A stretch of 64,000 nt of DNA from Chloroflexota bacterium. GTDB lineage: Bacteria; Chloroflexota; Anaerolineae; Aggregatilineales; J027. Numbering within the stretch: the first letter of the stretch is position 1; every line of letters begins with the position of its first letter. The notes under the pieces were generated by a model that did not search any database, was not told where the DNA came from, and worked only from the letters and a program-made list of their open reading frames with translations. Location of the stretch: positions 4,126-68,125 of the forward strand of contig JABFGB010000030.1 of the NCBI GenBank assembly GCA_013112715.1. Reading direction: 5' to 3'. The translations under genes were made by a program, and so were the position numbers. Of this stretch, positions 46,290-54,631 are shown in pieces.

Positions 46290-46307
46290 GGACATCCTCA
46301 CCCCCAG

Positions 46308-46464
46308 ACGCTTGGCCGATATTGGTGGAAATCGCATGAATAAGCAGGGCTGGGTTGACGGCAATAGTGGTTTCGTAGGGACGCAACATGTTGCGTCCGT
46401 ACTCAAAACCCCGTCACCATGCGATTTCCTAAGCATCACGGACAATCGAATATCGGACAAGCCT
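46308..46464 (+). mobile_element. MITE-A copy (157 bp)
   Basis: acgcttggccgatatt...aatatcggacaagcct; central GTAG hairpin. Confidence 0.78.
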
Positions 46465-46540
46465 CTGTCCCCCTCCATGCAATAGGGAGGGGTTGGGGTG
46501 GGGATATTTTGGAATTTGACTGAAGGAAAGCAAGTAAACC

Positions 46541-47950
46541 ATGCCCAACAATTTACTAAACAACGCGGCCCAACTGCGCCAACAGGTGGGTGATAACCTA
46601 CACGACAGCATCATGGAGGCCATTTATGCCGATGCCGCGCACATCCGCGATTCCGTCGTCACCAGCACGGAGCATCAGCCGCGCCTCAAATTTGACCAGC
46701 GCCTCGATCAACTCCTGACCAGCCGCCGTTGGGGATTTTTGGTGATGGCCCTGCTGTTTATGATGGTCTTTTGGATCACCATCGCGGGCGCGAACATCCC
46801 CTCTGCCTTCCTCGGTGATTTGCTAACCGTGCGGGTGTATGAAGGCCTGCACGATCTCGCCAATACCCTGCACGCCCCCAGTTGGTTAAGCGGCCTGCTG
46901 ATTGATGGCGTCTATCTGGCGACGGCGTGGGTGATCGCGGTCATGCTGCCCCCGATGGCGATCTTCTTCCCCCTGTTTACCCTGTTGGAAGATTTCGGCT
47001 ATCTGCCGCGTGTCGCCTTCAACCTGGATCGCCTGTTCAACAAAGCGGGGGCGCATGGCAAGCAGTCGCTCAGTATGATGATGGGTTTCGGCTGTAACGC
47101 GGCGGGCGTTGTCGCTACCCGTATTATTGATAGCCCGCGTGAACGTCTGATTGCGATACTCACCAACAACTTTAGCATCTGCAATGGACGCTGGCCCACG
47201 CTGATTCTGATGGCAACCATCTTTGTCGCTTCGACGGCCCCCATCGGCATTGCCAGTTTCGTCGCGGCCATGAGTGTCGTCACGGTAGCGGTCTTGGGCA
47301 TTCTGACAGCCCTCATCGTATCGGGATTCCTCTCGCGCACATGGCTCAAAGGCGAGGCCTCCGTGTACAGCCTTGAACTGCCGCCCTATCGCCCTCCGCA
47401 GATTTGGCGCACGCTCTACACCTCCCTCATTGACCGCACCATGATTGTCTTGTGGCGGGCAATTGTCATGGCGGCCCCGGCGGGTGCGATCATCTGGCTG
47501 ATTAGCAATGTGGATATCAGCGGCACACCCATCGCCGAGCACATGGTCAATTTACTGAACCCCCTCGGCATTTTGATGGGCCTCAACGGGGTCATTCTGG
47601 TGGCCTATCTGGTCGCCATCCCCGCCAACGAAATCATCATCCCGACGGTGTTGATGCTGACCCTTAATATCAGCCGGTCGGAGCTTGCCAAGCGCGGCGT
47701 CATGCTGGAACTGGATGATAATCTGGCGCACAAAGTCTTGGTGGAGGAGGGCGGTTGGACGGTGCTAACGGGCATTAACCTGATGCTGTTTAGCCTATTG
47801 CACAACCCATGCAGCACCACCATCATGACCATCTGGAAGGAAACCAAAAACGCCCGTTGGACAATCGCCTCGGTCGCCATCCCCTTAACGCTCGGTTTCG
47901 CCGTCACCATTCTCACCGCCACCATCGCCCGTCTGTTCGGCTGGGCCTAA
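46541..47950 (+). CDS. feoB: FeoB C-terminal membrane (Gate) half (split FeoB)
   Basis: LLEDFGYLPRVAFNLD, GFGCNAAGV..TRII, ELPPYR.P, LLHNPC. Confidence 0.95.
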   Translation: MPNNLLNNAAQLRQQVGDNLHDSIMEAIYADAAHIRDSVVTSTEHQPRLKFDQRLDQLLTSRRWGFLVMALLFMMVFWITIAGANIPSAFLGDLLTVRVYEGLHDLANTLHAPSWLSGLLIDGVYLATAWVIAVMLPPMAIFFPLFTLLEDFGYLPRVAFNLDRLFNKAGAHGKQSLSMMMGFGCNAAGVVATRIIDSPRERLIAILTNNFSICNGRWPTLILMATIFVASTAPIGIASFVAAMSVVTVAVLGILTALIVSGFLSRTWLKGEASVYSLELPPYRPPQIWRTLYTSLIDRTMIVLWRAIVMAAPAGAIIWLISNVDISGTPIAEHMVNLLNPLGILMGLNGVILVAYLVAIPANEIIIPTVLMLTLNISRSELAKRGVMLELDDNLAHKVLVEEGGWTVLTGINLMLFSLLHNPCSTTIMTIWKETKNARWTIASVAIPLTLGFAVTILTATIARLFGWA

Positions 47951-48000
47951 ATTTTCTCGACCCAGCCCTCACGTAAATCGCTCATAACCCCCTCATCACG

Positions 48001-48127
48001 GCATTTCGTAGGGGCAAGTCTCAGACTTGCCCAATTTTTAACTTTGTAACAGAGCTACGGGGTTTTGTGAGCCTCATTGATGAGGCTTTTTCCAACACAA
48101 TAGCCCGATGGTTTGACCGTCGGGCGT
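48001..48127. repeat. REP cluster: GTAG hairpin plus partial four-hairpin repeat
   Basis: gtaggggcaagtctcagacttgccc; agcctcattgatgaggct; gcccgatggtttgaccgtcgggc. Confidence 0.7.
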
Positions 48128-48174
48128 CAATACGACTTTCTTTCTCCCTCATCGTTTCCGGGGCAGGGGGCCGG

Positions 48175-48465
48175 GGGCTTGTCTGACATTGGTGGAAATC
48201 GCATGAATAAGCGGGACTTGGTTAGCCACACCATTGGTTTCGTAGGGACGCAACATGTTGCGTCCGTACCCAAGACCCTTTATCTATGCGATTTTCTACA
48301 AATCACCGTCAAGCGAATACCGGACAAGCCTCCGGGGGCTTGTCTGACATTGGTGGAAATCGCATGAATAAGCGGGACTTGGTTAGCCACACCATTGGTT
48401 TCGTAGGGACGCAACATGTTGCGCCCGTACTCAAAACCCAGTCGCCATGCGGTTTCCTAAGCCCC
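48175..48465 (+). mobile_element. Tandem MITE-A pair (48175-48331 complete, 48336 onward truncated) joined by ccgg
   Basis: Near-identical first ~100 bp of both units; junction ggacaagcct-ccgg-gggcttgtc. Confidence 0.85.
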
Positions 48466-48953
48466 TCCCTAATGCTTTGGGGAGGGGGTTGGGGTGGGGA
48501 TTCTATAGCAGTTCTCAAGTTGACTGGCCTGCATTTTCCACCAGATGCAGCACGGTGGATTGATCCGCCGTGTTTATTGTGGGTCATCCCTACCACACCT
48601 TCCACTCTCTTAACGGCCACCGCCGCGCCCTCTCATATGACGCACACCCATAAATCCGTAACAACTGTTACGAATTCCCTTCTCACTTATATAACCCCCA
48701 CTTATAGATCACATGTTCTAATATGCTTAAGCCACAATTGCGATTAAAAACCTTGCACATGCCCTTTTCGCCTCCCCCTCTCTGAAAGCCTGCGGAGAGG
48801 CCGGACGGGGGTGACTCATCGGCTGCCAAAAAGTGAGGGGATACAAAAATCCCCCTTGTGACCCAGCAACACTTCCTACTCTCAGCCCCCTTCAGACCAC
48901 CAATCGTTGACCATAATGGAGACATTCACTTTACGTTCTAGTTGGAGGGGATA

Positions 48954-49442
48954 ATGAAACTCAAATCCTTACATGATCTGCTCATCGCCGAAATGAAAGA
49001 CATCTACGATGCCGAGCAGCAGTTGACCAAAGCATTGCCTAAAATGGTGAAGGCAGCCTCAACGCCTGCCCTGAAAAAAGCCCTTGAAGACCATCTGGCT
49101 GTGACCAAAGGGCATGTGGATCGCTTGGAAGACGCCTTCAAAAAACTAGAAACGAAGGCTGCTCGCAAGACCTGTGAGGCGATGAAGGGCCTCATTGAAG
49201 AAGGCCAAAGCGTGATCGAGGAAGAGGCCGAGCCAAGCGTCAAGGATGCGGCTTTGATCGCGGCGGCGCAAAAGGTGGAGCATTATGAAATCGCCACCTA
49301 TGGGACGTTGCGCACCTTTGCCAATCAACTGGGCTATTCCGAAGTCGCCACTTTGTTTCAGACGACCCTAGACGAAGAAGCAGACGCGGACGAAACCTTG
49401 ACCCAATGTGCCGAACGTGTGAATGCGGCAGCGGCTAATTAA
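48954..49442 (+). CDS. yciF: Ferritin-like DUF892 (YciF) protein
   Basis: DIYDAEQQL.KALP, HL..T..H..RL, CEAM.GL..EG, QKVEHYEIA.YG. Confidence 0.93.
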   Translation: MKLKSLHDLLIAEMKDIYDAEQQLTKALPKMVKAASTPALKKALEDHLAVTKGHVDRLEDAFKKLETKAARKTCEAMKGLIEEGQSVIEEEAEPSVKDAALIAAAQKVEHYEIATYGTLRTFANQLGYSEVATLFQTTLDEEADADETLTQCAERVNAAAAN

Positions 49443-49629
49443 CCCCATATCCGGTTGAAAAGTCAATTTGGCTAATCCATACGAAGCCGTGTGGCAAGGC
49501 CGTTTTTGTCCCCAGCCCTTCTCTATGTTTGGGGAAGTGTTGGGGATGAGCTTTGTCAGGCTGCACAACCATCCGCCCGCCCGTCTCGCTGTATAATGAC
49601 TCCTATATCACTGCATATGGGAGTCCCAC

Positions 49630-50088
49630 TTGCCAGCCATCATCACCGCCGAACGCCCCGATACCCCCGACGCTATTGCCCTGATTACCGAACTCGAAGC
49701 GACCCTTGAACCCCTTTATCCGGCAGCCAGTCGGCATGGCCTCAGCGTTGAACGCCTCATCGCTGAGGGGGTACATTTTTTTGTGCTGCGTTCGGGTGAA
49801 ACGGCGGCGGGCTGCGGCGGCGTCAAGCTGTTCGGCACGGAATATGGCGAGATCAAGCGGATGTATGTGCGCCCCCAGTTTCGCGGCATGGGCTTTGCCA
49901 AGTTAATGCTGACCCACCTCACCGATTTTACCCAGCAGCAGGGCATCTCCATCCTGCGCCTCGAAACGGGCATTTATCAGCAGGAAGCCATTGGCCTCTA
50001 TGAAAAAATGGGCTTTCGCCGGATTCCGCCCTTTGGCAATTACACCGACGACCCCCTCAGTCTGTGTTATGAAAAATCCCTGACCTAG
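49630..50088 (+). CDS. GNAT family N-acetyltransferase
   Basis: EIKRMYVRPQFRG.G.A, LRLETG..Q.EAI.LYEK.GF. Confidence 0.93.
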   Translation: MPAIITAERPDTPDAIALITELEATLEPLYPAASRHGLSVERLIAEGVHFFVLRSGETAAGCGGVKLFGTEYGEIKRMYVRPQFRGMGFAKLMLTHLTDFTQQQGISILRLETGIYQQEAIGLYEKMGFRRIPPFGNYTDDPLSLCYEKSLT

Positions 50089-50203
50089 ATACAAGTGATC
50101 CTGCCTTTCATCATCCAAAAACCATGTCCTTTCATACTATCGTCGCTATCCGATGCAAGCCTATGCTGAAATCGAACACTCTAGCTATAGAGGAGATGTG
50201 ACC

Positions 50204-51217
50204 ATGACCGCGCATCAATGGCTCACCGATGATCTGCTCAACTGGTTATTGGAAAAAGATAATCCCACCGTCCGCTATCTCACCTTACGCGATTTGCTCG
50301 ATTGCCCCCCCGATGATAATCAACTCAGCGAGGCGTGTTCGACAGCCCACACACACGGGCCAATTGCGACCATCCTCGACCAGATGGATGAGCAAGGTTT
50401 TTGGGTCGAAGCGGGGCCGGGTTATGACCCCAAATATCGTGGCACAGTTTGGTCAATCCTGCTGCTGGCCCAACTCGGTTCGTCGGCGGCCCACGATGCA
50501 CGCATTGGCCGGGCCTGTGCCTACCTACTCGATCACGCCCTTGCTGACGGTGGACAATTCACGGTAGGGGGGTCGCCGTCCACCACCGCCGATTGTTTGC
50601 AGGGCAATCTGTGTGCGGCCCTGCTTGATCTCGGCTGCGATGACCCCCGCCTTGAAAAGGCCTTTGAATGGATGGCCCGCAGCGTCACGGGTGAAGGTGT
50701 CGCCCCCAGCACTGACCGCCAAGCCGCCGTGCGTTATTACGCGGGCAAGTGTGGGCCACGTTTTGCCTGTGGTTCAAACAATAAACTGCCCTGCGCGTGG
50801 GGTGGGGTGAAAGTGATGTTGGCTTTCAGCAAATGGCCCACCGAACACCGCACTGATTTAATTGATCATGCCATCCATGAGGGCCTAGACTTTCTATTCA
50901 GCACCGACCCCGCTCTTGCCGACTACCCATCAGGATACAGTGACAAGCCAAGCGGCAACTGGTGGAAGTTCGGCTTTCCGGTCTTTTATGTGACCGACCT
51001 GCTGCAAAATGTTGAGGCCCTCGTTGCATTGGGCTATGGCAACGACCCCCGCCTCAAGAATGCGCTGGATGCCATCCGCGTCAAACAAGATGGGCAGGGG
51101 CGCTGGGCATTGGAATATGATTACACCGGGAAAACATGGGTGGATTTTGGGGTCAAAAAACAACCCAACAAATGGGTGACGCTGCGTGCCCTACGTGTCC
51201 TCAAAGCCGTCGCCTGA
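50204..51217 (+). CDS. Prenyltransferase/squalene-oxidase-like alpha-barrel hypothetical protein
   Basis: WLLE..NP..RY..L.DLL, Y.PKY.GT.W, KQD..GRW, KWVTL.AL.VL; aggag RBS. Confidence 0.75.
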   Translation: MTAHQWLTDDLLNWLLEKDNPTVRYLTLRDLLDCPPDDNQLSEACSTAHTHGPIATILDQMDEQGFWVEAGPGYDPKYRGTVWSILLLAQLGSSAAHDARIGRACAYLLDHALADGGQFTVGGSPSTTADCLQGNLCAALLDLGCDDPRLEKAFEWMARSVTGEGVAPSTDRQAAVRYYAGKCGPRFACGSNNKLPCAWGGVKVMLAFSKWPTEHRTDLIDHAIHEGLDFLFSTDPALADYPSGYSDKPSGNWWKFGFPVFYVTDLLQNVEALVALGYGNDPRLKNALDAIRVKQDGQGRWALEYDYTGKTWVDFGVKKQPNKWVTLRALRVLKAVA

Positions 51218-51261
51218 TAATTTCGACCAGCATCCCTCGGCAGATGGGGGGTGAGGTCTTT

Positions 51262-51819
51262 TTACGGCGCGGCGAGATACAACGTCACGCCCTCCCATTT
51301 GACCCGCACCGCCTTGACCGTTCGTGCCACCGGAAATTCAAACACCTGCCACCCCGTCGAGGCCGCTCCTTCGACCGCATCCGGGAAATCTTCGTTATAT
51401 TTGGCGAGGGTCAGTTCTTCGCTCCATGCCTTACCATCATCGGCGATCACGTGCAGTGCCAGTTCGGATTGGTCGCAGTGCTGTTTTTCGCAGAACAGGT
51501 CAAATCGAATCAGGATATAGCGGCTGCCAGCGGCGATATTGGTCGCCCCCAACAGCGTTTCGTTTAATACGCGCTCGGTTGCGGCATAATCAGCCTCAGC
51601 GATGCGCACCTGCCCGTTTTTGAACTGGGCATACTCCCCAAGCGGAATTGGCTTGTCCTCCGAGCCAAAGCCATCATTATCGCGGATCGCCTGATTCGTG
51701 GCGGCGTTTTCCCCGGCGACAATCAGCAGCACCCCGATAACACACGCGGCGCACACACAAACCACCGTGCAGCCGATTGCCACTAAGGTGAACTTCCCAA
51801 ACCCAAGCAGTGTTTCCAT
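51262..51819 (-). CDS. Membrane-anchored hypothetical protein (DUF4352-like)
   Basis: Cys-containing TM helix followed by a beta-rich domain with G...GW.VF motif. Confidence 0.6.
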   Translation of the reverse strand: METLLGFGKFTLVAIGCTVVCVCAACVIGVLLIVAGENAATNQAIRDNDGFGSEDKPIPLGEYAQFKNGQVRIAEADYAATERVLNETLLGATNIAAGSRYILIRFDLFCEKQHCDQSELALHVIADDGKAWSEELTLAKYNEDFPDAVEGAASTGWQVFEFPVARTVKAVRVKWEGVTLYLAAP

Positions 51820-51941
51820 CCAATCCGCATCCTTCCATGTGTCGTTAAATCTTATTGTACGGGCAAATGTCTAATCAAGCGCAAGTCCACCCATCGGTAT
51901 ATACTGGGCATGTGCTTTTGGGGCAATAGGGGAGAAACTGG

Positions 51942-52770
51942 CATGGGCATGATACGGCGTATGACGGCGGCGATTCTGCTGCCATTTCTGTGGGTATGGA
52001 TAGCCTTCGTTGCATGGGTCAACGAGGATAGTGTTCCGGACAGTCTGCTGTTTATGTTGTACTTGATGGGCTTCTTCGCGGCAGCCCAATTATTGGCCCT
52101 TGTGCCCAATTGGATCATCTATCGCGGGGCGGTCAATCGGCGTGTAATGGATGTTTCAGCCAAGAATCGGCCTGTTACCGGACTGCCGCTGCGCTTACAC
52201 ACGCTCTTGCTGCAAATGGGCTTTCAGCGACTGGGTGAGACGGATACCGCCATACCGGGGCGACGTGAGACCGTCTCATGGGTCTATATCAACGCGGACG
52301 GCACGATCAACGCCGAATTGGTGGCGGTTATGGGGGCGGCGGTGCAGTTTAACACCGTTTTTGCCGATCACGCCGTCCTCGAAACCAGCTATCCCTTTGG
52401 CGAGAACCTGGCGGCGGAAAATTATCGCTCGGTGCGGGTGAGCAGTGGCCTCGTAAATGCGCTCCAACGGCATATCGAAATTGGGCGCGAGATGATTTTG
52501 GAGCACGGCCAACCCATCCCCATTCGTGATATGCCAACCTATCTAGCGTGGGATGTGCGCTATCGCCAACTCTATACCCAATCGGGCAAGCTGGGGGCCA
52601 GTTTTCGTCGCACCGTCCACAGTGTCATGCTGGGGGCGTATGCCGTCGGGTGGCTGCTGCTGGGCTGGCTCATGATTGAAGTACAAGGCGAGGCCACGCT
52701 TGAAGCCCTGTTGCTCATGGGCATCTTGTCCCTCGTGCCGCTGGGGTGGATGATCGTGCAAAGGAGGTAA
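51942..52770 (+). CDS. Hypothetical membrane protein
   Basis: TM pairs at both termini around a soluble domain; start approximate. Confidence 0.65.
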
Positions 52771-52845
52771 TCTTCTGTACGAGGTCATTTCGGCAATGTC
52801 GTCCGGCGGCGTATAATAGACCGAAAGCAGCAAAGGACGGGCGCG

Positions 52846-53979
52846 ATGTTGACCAAACTCCAATTCAAAAATTGGCGCAGTTTGCAGGATGTAACGATTG
52901 AAAATCTTACCCCACTGACGGTCTTTATTGGGGCGAACTCCTCCGGCAAAACGAATATTATTGACGGCCTCAAATTTCTGCGCGAGGCTACGGCGGACAG
53001 CCCCTTGCAAGCGATCCACAATCGTCGGGGGTTCAAAAATATCGTGCCGCAGTACAGACCGGGGGCCTCCTTCCAACTGGAATTTTCTTTTACCTCAAGC
53101 CAATTGGCTGCTGATATTGAGTATTCGTTGGAACTCACCGACAATGGCGAAATATTTCCGGTGGTCTCAGAAATACTGCAAGATTACGAACGCGGCATTC
53201 AAGGGAATATCGGTTATGGCGAGTCACCACCCAAAATGGAGAGCCTGTTGGGTACAGGCAAGACCCAATTGGCCGCTTTTCTAAACAATCCACTTCAGGA
53301 GACTTTTTACCATACGGCCCAGTTTGTTACCGAGCGTTGGCAAATTCTCGATGAAGGTTTTAACCCCCCTTTGTCGGTCATCGCTGGCAACTATGGCGAC
53401 ATCATGGTGATTGACCGCGACGCCGCCAATCTGCCCATTATGTTGCATTTTCTACGGGAGGCCGCGCCTGAAAAATATGCTCAATTACAAGATGACCTCC
53501 AATTGTTAATGGGGCATGTCGGGCGGCTGGTAACGTATCAGGATGACCGCGAAACCCGCTTTTATATCGAGGAAAAGCACCGCACGGGGATCGAAGCCCC
53601 CACCATCTCGGCAGGCACGGCACGCTTGGTCGCTATGCTGACAGCCTATTATGCCCTTGACATCGGCCCGCGTGCGTCCATGCCGGGGTTGGTGGTGATT
53701 GAAGAACCCGACACGGCGATCAATCCCGGGCTACTGCGCACCTTCGTGGCGATGCTGCGCCGTTATGTGCGAAGCGGTAATCGCCAGTTTATTCTGACCA
53801 CCCATAACCCAACGTTGCTCGATTTTTTTGAACCAAGCGAGGTGCGGGTCGTGGAGCGTGATATGCAGGGGATGACCCATGTTCATGAGGTCAACGAGGA
53901 AATCTGGAAGTTGTGGAAAGATGATTCGACGCTTGGCGAAGTCTGGCTCACCAACACATTTGGAGGCTTGGCCCTGTGA
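52846..53979 (+). CDS. ABC/SMC-like ATPase (AAA_21-type)
   Basis: Walker A GANSSGKT, signature ISAGT, Walker B VIEEPD, H-loop LTTHNP. Confidence 0.92.
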   Translation: MLTKLQFKNWRSLQDVTIENLTPLTVFIGANSSGKTNIIDGLKFLREATADSPLQAIHNRRGFKNIVPQYRPGASFQLEFSFTSSQLAADIEYSLELTDNGEIFPVVSEILQDYERGIQGNIGYGESPPKMESLLGTGKTQLAAFLNNPLQETFYHTAQFVTERWQILDEGFNPPLSVIAGNYGDIMVIDRDAANLPIMLHFLREAAPEKYAQLQDDLQLLMGHVGRLVTYQDDRETRFYIEEKHRTGIEAPTISAGTARLVAMLTAYYALDIGPRASMPGLVVIEEPDTAINPGLLRTFVAMLRRYVRSGNRQFILTTHNPTLLDFFEPSEVRVVERDMQGMTHVHEVNEEIWKLWKDDSTLGEVWLTNTFGGLAL

Positions 53980-54548
53980 GTGGACGTATCTTCTTAATTG
54001 TCGAGGCCGAACGGGATGGCCGTTATGCTAGGGCGATTATTCAACGTCATTATCCAAAAGTTGAGGTACGTTATATTACACCGGGGCGGAAACAGGGCAT
54101 TGGCGAACTGGCGAAGAACATTGAGCGGCTATTGATTGGTGCGTTGGAGGCCAAAGGCAAACGTGACTGTGTGGCTGTGCTGCATGATGCCGATGAAACG
54201 ACCACGCCTAATCGCAATCTGCATCAAGCTATTGCCCAAGCCTGCCGCAAACACAAAGGGACGGTGGTGCTGGTGCTTGCGAAAGATGAAATTGAAGCGT
54301 GGCTTATGGCGGACAGTGGTGTATGTGCATGGCTTGACCGCAAACCCAAAAATTGGGACGAGGCTACCCAACCCTCCGAGACCTTCAAAAGCTGGCTTGA
54401 TAAGGCGAACAAAGGCCCCTACGACGATGATACCGCTGCCCAAATTGCCCAACGCCTACAAGGTGACGGTCATCAGCACAGCCCATCATTAACAGAAGCG
54501 CTACGACATCTCAACGGGGCGGTGTGTGTGCAGACAGAGGACACATGA
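53976..54548 (+). CDS. DUF4276-like TOPRIM-related protein
   Basis: LIVEAERD, LHDAD, EIEAWLMAD; GTGA overlap with the ATPase. Confidence 0.75.
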   Translation: MSGRIFLIVEAERDGRYARAIIQRHYPKVEVRYITPGRKQGIGELAKNIERLLIGALEAKGKRDCVAVLHDADETTTPNRNLHQAIAQACRKHKGTVVLVLAKDEIEAWLMADSGVCAWLDRKPKNWDEATQPSETFKSWLDKANKGPYDDDTAAQIAQRLQGDGHQHSPSLTEALRHLNGAVCVQTEDT

Positions 54549-54631
54549 TGCAGTTGCCGAGCGAACAAAAAAGGGCCGTTCTGTTGCCAGATGACCCCTT
54601 TTGATGCGTCGTGAAGGATGCGGAATATTCG

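Noticed and set aside
42222-47950. feoB as a disrupted pseudogene
   Set aside because: Both halves have their own starts, clean ends and intact motifs, and the N-half has the CxxC extension seen in naturally split FeoB.
48657-48672. Palindrome cgtaacaactgttacg (GTA-N8-TAC-like)
   Set aside because: Single occurrence about 280 bp from the next start, with no cognate regulator evident; too weak to call.
48113-48747. ORFs inside MITE/REP regions (also 577-768, 9278-9550, 17345-17695, 36478-36882)
   Set aside because: They are translations of repeat sequence with no protein motif or RBS.
50204-51217. Nitrogenase-related call sometimes attached to this family
   Set aside because: No P-loop or Fe-S Cys motifs of NifH and no nif genes nearby.
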